A stretch of 64,000 bases of DNA, taken from assembly GCA_021828195.1 (NCBI GenBank), contig JAKASQ010000002.1, forward strand, positions 344,292 through 408,291. The letters are read 5' to 3'. The notes under the pieces were generated by a model. The model ran no database searches and was not told where the DNA came from. It worked only from the letters and a program-made list of their open reading frames with translations. The stretch comes from Thermoplasmata archaeon (GTDB lineage: Archaea > Thermoplasmatota > Thermoplasmata > Lutacidiplasmatales > UBA184). Both the position numbers and the translations under genes were made by a program. Positions 1 to 9,717 of this stretch are shown piece by piece; the stretch's first letter is position 1, and each line of letters opens with the position of its first letter.

Positions 1-284
1 GGATGGATCGGCACGCGATCGCGCCGATCCTGGCCCGGGATCCCCGACGCCTGTACGATGTGGTCGTGGGAGAGGAGATCTCGATGTGCGGGATCGCGCC
101 GACCACGGTGATGCTCTGCGCCCTCGAGGAGGAACCGCTCGGAGCCGAGCTGCTCCGCTGGGGCCACTCGGGCGAGGCCGCCCCGATGGACGAGGTCGTC
201 GGTTACGCCTCGATGGTCCTGCGGATCCCGCGAGAGCGCGCCCGCGCGCCCGCTCCAGCCCGCGGTTCGTCTCCCCTTAAATAG
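1..284 (+). CDS. MEMO1-family (AmmeMemoRadiSam protein B), C-terminal part, truncated by window edge
   Basis: Motifs SMCGIAP, LLRWGHSGE and VVGYASMV are typical of the MEMO1 C-terminus. Confidence 0.8.
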   Translation, partial: MDRHAIAPILARDPRRLYDVVVGEEISMCGIAPTTVMLCALEEEPLGAELLRWGHSGEAAPMDEVVGYASMVLRIPRERARAPAPARGSSPLK

Positions 285-310
285 CGAGTTCGGGTCCGCA
301 CCCGAGCGAC

Positions 311-859
311 ATGATCCTTTCCGACGTCAAGATTCGCGAGGAGATCCGCCGCGGGAAGATCGTCATCCGGCCGTTCCACCGGGAGTGCCTCGGCACGAAC
401 TCCTACGACGTCCACCTCGGTCCGTGGCTCGCGGTGTACAAGGGCGGCGCCCTCGACTCTCGCCGTGCGAACGCGGTCGAGGAGTTCCGCATCCCCAAGG
501 ACGGCTTCGTCCTCGTGCCCGGACAGCTGTACCTCGGGGTGACGGAGGAGTACACGGAAACCCACGGCTACGTGCCTTTCCTCGAGGGCAAGTCGAGCGT
601 GGGGCGGCTCGGGATCGACATCCACTCTACCGCCGGGAAAGGCGACGAGGGGTTCTGCAACTACTGGACGCTCGAAATGTCGGTCAAGCTGCCCGTCCGG
701 GTCTACGCCGGCATGCCCGTCGGCCAACTGATCTACTTCGAGATCTCCGGGCCGATCCAGCGCAGCTACTCGGCGAAGAGCTCGGCGAAGTATCGTCGAG
801 TCTCATCGCACCCGACCCCGTCCCGGATGCATCTGAACTTCCCGCGCGCCCGGCGGTGA
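311..859 (+). CDS. dcd: dCTP deaminase
   Basis: MILSD start, NSYDVHLG, EGKSSVGRLG, WTLE and GQL motifs. Confidence 0.95.
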   Translation: MILSDVKIREEIRRGKIVIRPFHRECLGTNSYDVHLGPWLAVYKGGALDSRRANAVEEFRIPKDGFVLVPGQLYLGVTEEYTETHGYVPFLEGKSSVGRLGIDIHSTAGKGDEGFCNYWTLEMSVKLPVRVYAGMPVGQLIYFEISGPIQRSYSAKSSAKYRRVSSHPTPSRMHLNFPRARR

Positions 860-871
860 AGGCCGCCCGCG

Positions 872-3799
872 CTATCCCGCCACGGGCGGGGCGGGAGCCC
901 CGTCCCGTCGTGCGAGGTAGAACGCGGGCCGTCCGGGACGAGCGCGGTCGCGTCGATGCATCGGATCGACGGCCTCGGCGTCCTCCTCGCGATGGACGGA
1001 GATGGCCTTGAATCCGAACCGCTTGACCAGGTAACCCTGGGCGGAACGCAAGACATCGACCTCGTCGATCGGGATCGGGGACGGTGGGCCTTCGGAGCGC
1101 GCGAGCGGAGCGATGCGCTGAACGTACTTGGGGATCTCCGTGCGGTGGGCCACAAGCTCCGGGTGCGCGTTCGCGCGCTCCATCACCTTCCCGATGTTCG
1201 CCGTGGCTCCGCTCTCCAGGGCCTCCCGGATCCACAGCTCCGGGAGCCGCTTCCACGGGGCCGCCACGTAGAAGATCACCTCGTCCGGGATCGACTCGTT
1301 GCGGTCCAAGAGCGGCCGCATCACATTGCGGAGATCGTCCTCGACCATCGCCAGGAAGGCTTCCGCGGCCTCGGCCACCTCGGAGCGCGGGAACTCCTCC
1401 GCCGAAGGGAACCGTTCCGAGGCGACGAGGCCGGGGAACCGGCCCGCGCCGAGCTCCTCTGCGAGATGCGGCGTGAACGGGGAGAGCATTCGGCTCCAGG
1501 CGTTCGCAACGCGATCGGTGGCATCGCCCGGAACGCCCCCGCGCGCGTAGTACCGCTTCAGCAGGGCGGGGACCGCGACGTAGATGGCCTCGGCCGCCTC
1601 ACGGGGGCGGTTCTCCCGAAGGTGGTGGGAGGCCCGAGCGACGACGCCGTGCATCTCGGAGAAGAGCCAAGCGTCCAGCTCGGGGATTCCCGCACCGGCG
1701 CCGGCGGCCTCGCGCGCCATCCGTTGGATGTCCTCCAGGCGCCCGACCGCCGCATCGGCGAGCGCCGGATCCCACTCGAAGTCGTACGACGGGAGGGCGC
1801 TGCTCGCGTGCACCAATCGCAGCGCGTCCGGACCCCACCGAGCGAGCGCCTCCCGGATCGCGAGGATCCGGCCGCCCTTCGCACTGACCTCCTTCTTGGA
1901 GATCTTCTCTCCCGAGGTGCCCGTCACCCAGCCGTGCACGAAGATACCGCGCGGGCCCAGCTCCGGCGGGAGGAGCTTTGCATGGGTCAGGAGGAAAGGG
2001 GGGAAGTGGACCCGTTTGTGTTCCTTCCCACCGACGTTGCAGTCGAGCGGGTACCAGTAGAGGAAGTCGGCCCGGATCTCCTGCTGTAGGCCCGCATCGA
2101 GCGTGGGTTCCCCGGATCCCTCACCGAGGAACACGAAGTCGAAGAAGGCGTCTGTCAGGGCGGACGGGAGGATCCCTCGCTCCCGCACGAACCGCCGAAC
2201 GACGTAGTAGGCCGGATAGAGTGTGGAGTCCGCGATCGGTTCGACGATCCACTCCGGATCGAACGGCAACGGCGTGCCCATCCAGCGGCCACGCCGGGTG
2301 CACGGACGGTCGTCCATCCAATCGAGGATGGCGGGGAGGTCGTGCGCGTAGTCCTCCGGGGAGATCGCCATCGAGCGGAGCGCGGCGTGACCGAGGGCCT
2401 TCCACTCCGGGTCACTGTAGCGGATGAACCACTGGTGGGGAACGCGTCGGATCACCACGGCGTGCCCGTTCCGGCAGATGACGGGCTCGGAGAACTCCTG
2501 CAGCTCGAAGCTCTGTTTGGTCGCTCCGAGGGCGGCGGTCACTCGCTCCCGTGCGTCGCGGACCGGGACTCCGAGGTAGTCGCGGACGGTCATCGTTCCG
2601 CGGGTGAACTCGAGTCGGTACAGCCGTTCGGTCGCTTCTTTGAGCGCCGGAGCGTCCGCGAGCTTCTTCGCGCCCGTCGCTCGATTGGCACGCTCCGCGG
2701 GCGTTCCCGTTCCGGCCGCCAGTTCCCGCTCCGAGGGGGGCAGTTCATGGATGGGAGGAACCGCGAGGATGACCGGTGCCGGGCGCAGGCTCTCTCGTTC
2801 CTTGACCGTCAGCTCCGAGAGCGCGAGCGAGTCTGCGGGTGCGTGTGCCGGGACAGACATGACGACCCCGGTCCCCACCCTGGGGTCCACGAGCGAGCTC
2901 GGGAAGATCGGCACCGGCACCCCCGTCAGGGGTGCGATCACGCTTCGGCCCTTCAGCTCGGCGGGCCGGATCTCATGGCCGATGCGGCCCCCGTGCTGCT
3001 CGACGAGCCGCTCCGCTCCCGCGCGGCTCACGAGATAGGTTGGGCCCTCGTTCGTCCAGGATACCAAGGGGTCGTGGAGCGGGATCCACAGGTTGGTCAC
3101 CCCGTAGATCGTTTCGGGCCGGAGCGTGGCCGCGAGAAGGATCCGTCCATCCTGGAGCCGAAACGGCACCGTCGTGTACCGAATGATCTCGGCGGTCCCT
3201 CCGGCCGAGAGATCCGTCTCGGACGGGTCAACCGCAACGGGGCCACAGACGGGGCAAACGGCCGAGTAGTGCGTCTTCTGGACGAGCGCGTCTCGGTCGC
3301 GAAGGCGGTCGAACTGCCACCGGATGAAAGCGCGATAATCGTCGTCGACCGTAGTGAGATGGGCGCTCTCATCCACGAGCACGCCGACCCGGCGGTAGAC
3401 GTCGAGGTACTGAGCGCCCAGGAATCGGGCGGCGAACTCGGGATCCTCGAGCTTGGGCCAGTCGGCCGGTGGGATCCCGTTCTGCTCGAGCTCGTGGACG
3501 GTCGTCGGGTTGCGGTCCTTTACCTTCTGGGCGTATGTGACCGCCGGCAGCCCCGAGGCGTGGACCCCCGCCGGGAAGAACACCTGCTCCCCGAGCATGC
3601 GGTGGAAGCGATGGAACGCATCGGCGTAGACGATCCCCCGCAAGTGCCCGACGTGCAGGAAGCCGCTCGGTCCGGGGTACGCGACGATCGCGTAGTACTT
3701 GGCCCGGTCCGGGTCGCGACGAGCGGTCGCTAGACCGGCCCGTTGCCACTCCTCCTGCCAATGCGCGGCCCGCTCGGATTCCATCGGATTCGTTCGCAT
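872..3799 (-). CDS. leuS: Leucyl-tRNA synthetase (archaeal type)
   Basis: HIGH-like HVGH, ATLRPET, GTGVVMSVPAHAPAD editing motif, KMSKS-like KISKK, PFTPHLAEEL. Confidence 0.95.
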   Translation of the reverse strand: MRTNPMESERAAHWQEEWQRAGLATARRDPDRAKYYAIVAYPGPSGFLHVGHLRGIVYADAFHRFHRMLGEQVFFPAGVHASGLPAVTYAQKVKDRNPTTVHELEQNGIPPADWPKLEDPEFAARFLGAQYLDVYRRVGVLVDESAHLTTVDDDYRAFIRWQFDRLRDRDALVQKTHYSAVCPVCGPVAVDPSETDLSAGGTAEIIRYTTVPFRLQDGRILLAATLRPETIYGVTNLWIPLHDPLVSWTNEGPTYLVSRAGAERLVEQHGGRIGHEIRPAELKGRSVIAPLTGVPVPIFPSSLVDPRVGTGVVMSVPAHAPADSLALSELTVKERESLRPAPVILAVPPIHELPPSERELAAGTGTPAERANRATGAKKLADAPALKEATERLYRLEFTRGTMTVRDYLGVPVRDARERVTAALGATKQSFELQEFSEPVICRNGHAVVIRRVPHQWFIRYSDPEWKALGHAALRSMAISPEDYAHDLPAILDWMDDRPCTRRGRWMGTPLPFDPEWIVEPIADSTLYPAYYVVRRFVRERGILPSALTDAFFDFVFLGEGSGEPTLDAGLQQEIRADFLYWYPLDCNVGGKEHKRVHFPPFLLTHAKLLPPELGPRGIFVHGWVTGTSGEKISKKEVSAKGGRILAIREALARWGPDALRLVHASSALPSYDFEWDPALADAAVGRLEDIQRMAREAAGAGAGIPELDAWLFSEMHGVVARASHHLRENRPREAAEAIYVAVPALLKRYYARGGVPGDATDRVANAWSRMLSPFTPHLAEELGAGRFPGLVASERFPSAEEFPRSEVAEAAEAFLAMVEDDLRNVMRPLLDRNESIPDEVIFYVAAPWKRLPELWIREALESGATANIGKVMERANAHPELVAHRTEIPKYVQRIAPLARSEGPPSPIPIDEVDVLRSAQGYLVKRFGFKAISVHREEDAEAVDPMHRRDRARPGRPAFYLARRDGAPAPPVAG

Positions 3800-3889
3800 C
3801 CTGGATTCCTATTTGAGGGGACCGCCGGTGGAAGGGGGCCAGAGCCCCGGGCAAAGCGTCTATAGCGGGACCCGGCCGTAGCAACCCGG

Positions 3890-4522
3890 ATGATGCGGCT
3901 AATCGAGATCTTCCACTCCATTCAAGGGGAGGGCCCGCTGATGGGCCGTCGCACGTCGTTCATTCGGACGGCGCGGTGCAACCTTCGGTGCTCGTGGTGC
4001 GACACCCCCTATTCCTTCGGGCCGGGCAAGGAGCGATCCATCGCCTCGATCCTGAAGGAAATCGAGCGCCACCGGACTCCGTACGTATGCCTCACGGGAG
4101 GCGAACCGCTCCTCCAGCCGGAGGCGGCGAGGCTCCTCCGGGAGCTCGCACGCCGAGGGAAGACCACGGTCGTCGAGACCGGGGGCTCGTTGGATGTAAC
4201 CCCCTACCTCTCGATCCCGGGAGTGATCCTCAGCGTCGACGTCAAGTGCCCGGGCTCGAAGATGGAGCGGCGCAATCGTTGGTCCAACCTCGCGCTCCTG
4301 CGGCCGACCGACATCGTGAAGTTCGTCCTCGGGGACCGACGCGATTACCTCTACGCCCGGCGCGTGATCGCCCGGCGCCCCATGCCGAAGGAGGTCGTGT
4401 TCCAACCGGTGTGGGGGACGGATGCCGGGCGCCTCGCGGACTGGGTGCTCCACGACCGCCTCAACGTACGGGTCCTGCTCCAAGAGCACAAGGTGCTCTG
4501 GGGCAACGTCCCCGGCCGGTGA
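3890..4522 (+). CDS. queE: 7-carboxy-7-deazaguanine synthase (radical SAM)
   Basis: EIFHSIQGEG, CNLRCSWCDT (CxxxCxxC) and TGGEPLLQ. Confidence 0.9.
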   Translation: MMRLIEIFHSIQGEGPLMGRRTSFIRTARCNLRCSWCDTPYSFGPGKERSIASILKEIERHRTPYVCLTGGEPLLQPEAARLLRELARRGKTTVVETGGSLDVTPYLSIPGVILSVDVKCPGSKMERRNRWSNLALLRPTDIVKFVLGDRRDYLYARRVIARRPMPKEVVFQPVWGTDAGRLADWVLHDRLNVRVLLQEHKVLWGNVPGR

Positions 4523-4595
4523 GCATTTCCCTCGAGTCGGCGGGCCGAGACGGATAGCCTAAAGAGTCTCCCCCTCTCCTTCGCGATTCTAGCGC

Positions 4596-5705
4596 ATGGC
4601 GCCTCTTCCCCCGCCTGTCAAAGGTTCCGCGGCGGGAATCGACCTGCCCTTCGGGAAGGCCCGCGCGATGGTGTTCCCCCGGGTGGTGCTCGCGGGGCAC
4701 GAAGTCCTGACCGAGTTGGGCTTGACTTGCCGCCAGTTCGGGTTCGCCGATCGTGGCGCCGTCGTCACCGGCCCGGCAACGGCCGCGCTCGCCGGGGACC
4801 GATCCGCCCAGATCCTCTCGGAGTCGGGCTTCGAGGTCGAGACGATCGTCGCCGGCGAGGCGACCGAGGAGGAGGTCGCCCGCGTCGAGCAGGTGGCCGC
4901 GCGCTCGAAGGCGGCGTTCCTCGTGGCGGTCGGCGGCGGCTCGAAGATCGACATCACCAAGGTCGTTGCCGACCATCTCCACCTTCCCTTCGTGAGCGTC
5001 CCGACCTCCGCCGCGCACGACGGGATCTCCTCGCCCCGGGCTTCCCTCCACGGAGCCCATACCACCAACAGCATCCGCGCGGCCGTTCCGCTCGGGATCA
5101 TCGCCGACACCGCGGTCATCGTGCGCGCCCCCTATCGGCTCCTGGCGTCAGGCTGCGCCGACGTGCTCTCGAACCTGACGGCGGTGCTCGATTGGAAGCT
5201 CGCGGTTCGGCTGCGCAACGAGGAGTACTCGAGCACCGCGGCCACCCTCTCGGAGTACTCGGCCCAACAGATCATGGATCAGGCCGCACTCATCAAGCCG
5301 AACCTGGAGGAGTCCGTCTGGATTGCCATCCGACCGTTGATCGTCGCGGGGATCGCAATGAGCGTGGCCGGCTCCTCACGGCCCTGCTCGGGCAGCGAGC
5401 ACCTGTTCAGCCACGCGCTCGACCGCGTGGCGGCGCATCCTAGCCTCCACGGAGAGCAGTGCGGGGTCGGAGCGATCATGATGATGTACCTGCACGGAGG
5501 GGACTGGCACCGACTGCGGAGCACGCTCCGCACGATCGGCGCTCCGACCACCGCGCACGAGCTCGGAGTCTCCAACGAGGAGACGATCAACGCGCTCGTC
5601 GCAGCGCATACCCTCCGACCGGAACGTTACACGATCCTAGGGGACAGTGGGTTGACACGCGAGGCGGCGGAACGCCTCGCCACCGTCACCGGGGTGGTGG
5701 GTTGA
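4596..5705 (+). CDS. egsA: sn-glycerol-1-phosphate dehydrogenase
   Basis: GGGSKIDITK, PTSAAHDGISSP, SRPCSGSEHLFSHALD, LHGEQCG, RPERYTIL. Confidence 0.95.
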   Translation: MAPLPPPVKGSAAGIDLPFGKARAMVFPRVVLAGHEVLTELGLTCRQFGFADRGAVVTGPATAALAGDRSAQILSESGFEVETIVAGEATEEEVARVEQVAARSKAAFLVAVGGGSKIDITKVVADHLHLPFVSVPTSAAHDGISSPRASLHGAHTTNSIRAAVPLGIIADTAVIVRAPYRLLASGCADVLSNLTAVLDWKLAVRLRNEEYSSTAATLSEYSAQQIMDQAALIKPNLEESVWIAIRPLIVAGIAMSVAGSSRPCSGSEHLFSHALDRVAAHPSLHGEQCGVGAIMMMYLHGGDWHRLRSTLRTIGAPTTAHELGVSNEETINALVAAHTLRPERYTILGDSGLTREAAERLATVTGVVG

Positions 5706-5707
5706 AC

Positions 5708-6136
5708 ATGGCGGATATCACGCTGATCGCACGGAACGAGGCGCACGAAGGGTTCGAATTCGTCTACCAGGGCGGGGCTCCGGTCTGCCGGACGTGCCCG
5801 TATCGACACGCCTGCCTCACGCTCGATCCGGGTCGCCGGTACACGGTCACGAAGGTCCGGCCGATCGCGCACCCCTGCGCGCTCCAGGAGACGGACGCGA
5901 ACGTCGTCGAGGTACGGGCGGTTCCGCGCTCGCTCGTCGTCGACGCGCGGGGAGCGACCGTCGGCGCCACCGTCGAGACCGGCCGATTCGCCTGCACCCG
6001 CCTGGATTGCCCCAACTGGGGGATATGTGCGGGCCCCAGCCTCCCAGCGAAGCAGCGGTTCCGCATCGAAACCGTGCATCCGGAAATGGCCGAGTGCCGT
6101 ATCGGTCGGACGCTCAAGCGGGTCGAGGCGATGTAG
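5708..6136 (+). CDS. UPF0179-family archaeal Cys-rich protein
   Basis: ATG 2 nt after the egsA stop; ITLI...GFEFVYQG...CxxCPY..C..L pattern; this family commonly follows egsA. Confidence 0.8.
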   Translation: MADITLIARNEAHEGFEFVYQGGAPVCRTCPYRHACLTLDPGRRYTVTKVRPIAHPCALQETDANVVEVRAVPRSLVVDARGATVGATVETGRFACTRLDCPNWGICAGPSLPAKQRFRIETVHPEMAECRIGRTLKRVEAM

Positions 6137-6193
6137 GCGCCTCGCCCGGCGGATGTAAGTTCATAACCATCCGCGAACTGCTCCGGCCGGATG

Positions 6194-6301
6194 GGGGCTG
6201 TGGGGTAGCTTCAGACCCGAGGCCCGCCCTCGGTCTGCTCTATTGGTCCATCCTTCGGGCTTTGGGAGCCCGGGACCCCGATTCAAATTCGGGCAGCCCC
6301 A
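6194..6301 (+). tRNA. tRNA-Pro(TGG) with a 33-nt D-loop intron (6211-6243)
   Basis: Acceptor stem GGGGCTG/CAGCCCC; anticodon arm CGGGC-TTTGGGA-GCCCG; T-arm CCCGA-TTCAAAT-TCGGG; hairpin insert inside the D-loop. Confidence 0.92.
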
Positions 6302-6370
6302 TACCGGAATCAGAGTGTGTGGAAACTCTCGAGGCCGGACGATAGAGTAGATGGCTCTTAGAGAGCCATT

Positions 6371-6640
6371 CTCGATGCGACTGATAAGAAGGAAGCGCAG
6401 GAGGAGTAGCTCCCGACCCGCATCCCGGACCTGAAGAAGAAGATTGCCAAGATGAAGGAGCAGAGGCCGCAGCACGCGGCTCTCCTCTCAAGGATGGAGG
6501 CCACCGGGCAGACCGAGGTCCCCCTCACCGATCCCGACTGCCGGATGAGGAGGACGCACAGAACCTGTGACCTGTGCTACAACACCCAGATCGTGGTGGA
6601 GGCGAAGTCCAAGCTCATCGTGGAGTACGACGTGACCAAC
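6371..6640 (+). pseudogene. IS1182-like transposase fragment
   Basis: LTDPDCRM...YNTQIVVEAKSKLIVEYDVTN resembles the IS1182 SxTDPDAR...YNxQ region; in-frame TAG at 6407; both ends missing. Confidence 0.7.
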
Positions 6641-6819
6641 CATCCCTTTTCGACCGCATCGGAATATTCGGTGACTTCGAGATAGCCCCGCTCGGAGCTA
6701 TCGACAAGAGGGTTCGGATCTGGCCAATCCTGCTACGGTGCGGCCAGCTAATGGTGGTCGCTCCGATTACGTGCAAGCCGTTTGACACCCCTTAAGTTCC
6801 CAGAGGTGCTCCGGTCCGC

Positions 6820-7257
6820 GTGGGTCTATCCGACGGGATTCGCCTTGGACACGTGAACATCGAAGTAACTGACCTCGCCCGTGCCCGCCGATTCTACGAC
6901 AGGTTCCTGCCGGTCCTGGGGTTCACGCGGGTTCAGCCCGACGATCCTTTCTGGTTAGGTTATCGGAAGGGACTCACCGCTCTCTGGATCACCGTGAGTC
7001 ATCCCAACAGAGTCAAGCGAAAGACTCCTCACGTTCCCACGGACGGTGTAGAAGACCCCATCTCGGACCACCTAGGGTTCCGCGCCCCATCCTCGAAACG
7101 GGTCTTCGACCTTGAATCGGCCCTTCGCAACAAGGGCTTCAACCCCGTCTACTCGACGGCGAGGCAACAGGCCCATGGCCCGGCGTGGTACACGTCGAAT
7201 GCCTGGAAGGACCCTGATAACAACGTTCTGGAAATCTACGCGCTCACTTCGCGGTGA
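6820..7257 (+). CDS. VOC/glyoxalase family protein
   Basis: HVNIEVTDLARARRFY, DHLGF, KDPDNNVLEI. Confidence 0.85.
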   Translation: MGLSDGIRLGHVNIEVTDLARARRFYDRFLPVLGFTRVQPDDPFWLGYRKGLTALWITVSHPNRVKRKTPHVPTDGVEDPISDHLGFRAPSSKRVFDLESALRNKGFNPVYSTARQQAHGPAWYTSNAWKDPDNNVLEIYALTSR

Positions 7258-7384
7258 TGGATAGAGACACGGTCCTCCGCGCGACCACGGGTTTGAAGTG
7301 GGACGCGTGCGGCCGATGGAGGACCGCAATCCGCGAAGGGAACGGACCGAAAGCGATCAGACGCCCCTTCCGGAAACCCACGAG

Positions 7385-7672
7385 TCATAGGCCGGTAGCT
7401 ACGACGGCGTCCGAATCGGAGTTCCTGAGCCTGAAGGCGCGCAAGGGGCGATACTCCTCCGATTCGTACCACGCCCGGAACGACTCCATCGAGGGGAACT
7501 CCACGACGATGAGCCGGCCGGGTTTCCAAGTGCCTTCTAGGAGCTGGAAGTCCTTGCTCGCGACGACGAACCGACCGCCATGTTTCTCGATCAAGTCGGA
7601 AAGACCCTGGGCATAGTGGTGAAGGGCCGCCTCGGTTTCCCATCTGATCTGGAGCACAAAGTAAACCGCCAT
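7385..7672 (-). CDS. DUF1330-family protein
   Basis: HGGRFVV, LEGTW...VVEFPSMESFRAWYESEEY..LR. Confidence 0.85.
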   Translation of the reverse strand: MAVYFVLQIRWETEAALHHYAQGLSDLIEKHGGRFVVASKDFQLLEGTWKPGRLIVVEFPSMESFRAWYESEEYRPLRAFRLRNSDSDAVVATGL

Positions 7673-8004
7673 TGGCTCGGCCGCCTCTCGGTGGAGGAGG
7701 ATGCGAGCGTTAAGGTGTCTTCGGGCCGTCTCGGGTGGGCAAATCGTACAGGATCTTGACCGGCTCGAGAGGTTCGACCGGCCAGGTATAGGATTGCCCG
7801 GAACGTCATGGGGTCAAGGCGTCGTTTTCGACCGGTAAGACCGCCCTTCCGCTCGCTCCGCTCAAGGAACTTACCCAAACCGTTGTGCCCTGACCACTGG
7901 CTCTATCGGTCACTCGAGGCCCTGAGCCTGGCCCGCCTGACTTGCACCAGGCTCGTTTAACCGTCCCGGCGCTTGGTCTTGCCCCGATCGCTCGGAGTTC
8001 ACGT

Positions 8005-8628
8005 ATGCAAAGAACCCATCCGCTCCGTCCGTTGACCTCGGGGCCTTCGGAATACTCGGTGAAGGAATTGTCCACCGTCACTTGGCCAGATTTCGAAAGA
8101 CTGTTTCTGAGAAAGAGCCAAGGGGGAGGTTGCTGGTGCATGATCTTTCACCAACTGGGTCGCCTGCCGAAGACAGAGAAAGGAGGGATGACCCGGAGCA
8201 GAGTGGCAAGAAGCCGACGGGCCAAGAGAACCTTGGTGGAGAAGGAATCCTCCCACGGCATCCTGGTCTACGCCAACGCAGAACCAGTCGGGTGGTGCCA
8301 ATACGGCCCGAAGGAGGATTTACCTCGGATCGATGCGGGAACGATGTACAAGAAGCTGGCGCTGGATGACCATGGCCAGAGGCTCTGGAGGATCACTTGC
8401 TTCTGGGTCGAGAGGAAGCATCGCAATGCGGGGGTGGCCACCACCGCCTTGCGCGCAGCCATCGAATCGATACGGAAGAGGGGGGGAGGCCTCGTCGAGG
8501 CCTATCCCGCCAAAGTGAAGGGATTCCCGGCTGATTGGATGGGCACCTGGCCCATGTTCAGAAAGGAAGGGTTCGAAATCGTGGCCCCGTACGGCAAGTT
8601 CAACGTGCTCGTGCGACTGGCGATGTAG
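8005..8628 (+). CDS. GNAT-family acetyltransferase (start uncertain)
   Basis: TWPDFERLF, GGCWC, VGWCQYGP, WRITCFWV, RNAGVA acetyl-CoA motif, VEAYP. Confidence 0.85.
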   Translation: MQRTHPLRPLTSGPSEYSVKELSTVTWPDFERLFLRKSQGGGCWCMIFHQLGRLPKTEKGGMTRSRVARSRRAKRTLVEKESSHGILVYANAEPVGWCQYGPKEDLPRIDAGTMYKKLALDDHGQRLWRITCFWVERKHRNAGVATTALRAAIESIRKRGGGLVEAYPAKVKGFPADWMGTWPMFRKEGFEIVAPYGKFNVLVRLAM

Positions 8629-8676
8629 CATCCTCTGGGGCCGGTAGGAGAGATCCCACAGCAAGAGAAAGGCACC

Positions 8677-9111
8677 CTATTGGGGCAGCTGAGTGAGGAG
8701 CTCCTCAGCGACTTCCAACGCGGACTCGGCGTTCGCCTTCGGGTCGGGTCCCCATGTGCTACAAAGGCAGGTTGGAGGCCCGCCGGCCCCCCCGACGGAT
8801 GGCTTCCAGGAGTGATAGTCCGCGTGTTCCCTCATTTCCCGAAGCGAGTCGAAGAGGTCCACAGACCCGACAGGCAGCCTCCTAATGACGAGACGACGCA
8901 GTTGCTGGTGAGTCAGGAAGACCTTCCTGCCACCTTTCCCGAATCGCGCCCATCCCGCGGGGTCGCAGAGGGCCCTCCTGAGTACGTGGAAACACGCATA
9001 ATACGAGCGTCCGACGGCGGTCCTGTACAACGCCTCGTGGTCCGTGCCACCGGCGGCCACACCTCCAAGAAGGTGCCGCGCGACACCCAAGAATTCCCTT
9101 CCATCGAACAT
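8677..9111 (-). CDS. HEPN-domain protein
   Basis: YRTAVGRSYYACFH helix and LREMREHADYH (RxxADY / Rx5H) signature. Confidence 0.75.
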   Translation of the reverse strand: MFDGREFLGVARHLLGGVAAGGTDHEALYRTAVGRSYYACFHVLRRALCDPAGWARFGKGGRKVFLTHQQLRRLVIRRLPVGSVDLFDSLREMREHADYHSWKPSVGGAGGPPTCLCSTWGPDPKANAESALEVAEELLTQLPQ

Positions 9112-9114
9112 TTC

Positions 9115-9717
9115 TCAGCCGACGAGTGATGTGGAGACCGTGTCTCTAATCTCGCGTGCAATGCGGCGTTCTTGAAGAGTGCTGGCTGTCGCGGCCTGGT
9201 GCTCGATAGAGGTCTCAACCTCAGTCCGTAGCTTTCTCCAAAGTGTGAATCGGCCCACTCGCTCGATTCCCGGAATTCGCAGTTCGATTCGCACGAGGTC
9301 CAAGTCTCTCTCGTCGGCGCTCGCAAGCCGGTAAATCCGAATCGACGCCCTAACGCCCCTCAACTCCGGCCAGGAGGAGACCCGCTCGAACACCGTCGGC
9401 GCCAGATGAGCAAGCAGTCGCTCCGTGGCAAACGGAAAGCCAGAAAGAACTTCGAATCCGTACGCAAGTTCTCGCATACCCCGGGAAGGAGTTCCGTTCC
9501 ACCCCGACAGGTTCGTCCCGAGTTTCCAAGCCTCGAAGCGATACGTGGCTGCCACGAGGCCCCGGAAAGGTGTGACGGGGTTTGCCCTATCAGTCAAGGG
9601 CCCCTTTGACCGGTTGACATCCAGGGTGACTCTCCTAGATTCGGGAAACCTCCCATCGGATTCAGGCGGTATGTCCTCTTGAGGATCGCCGCTCATGTCA
9701 GGTGGCAGTTCAGTCAT
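9115..9717 (-). CDS. Hypothetical protein, possible partner of the HEPN protein
   Basis: 200-aa ORF ending 3 nt before the HEPN start; ATGA overlap with the upstream ORF. Confidence 0.6.
   Translation of the reverse strand: MTELPPDMSGDPQEDIPPESDGRFPESRRVTLDVNRSKGPLTDRANPVTPFRGLVAATYRFEAWKLGTNLSGWNGTPSRGMRELAYGFEVLSGFPFATERLLAHLAPTVFERVSSWPELRGVRASIRIYRLASADERDLDLVRIELRIPGIERVGRFTLWRKLRTEVETSIEHQAATASTLQERRIAREIRDTVSTSLVG

Noticed and set aside
311-4522. queE and dcd as a DNA-modification (dpd) cluster
   Set aside because: They sit among housekeeping genes with no dpdA, queC or queD nearby; archaeosine precursor synthesis suffices.
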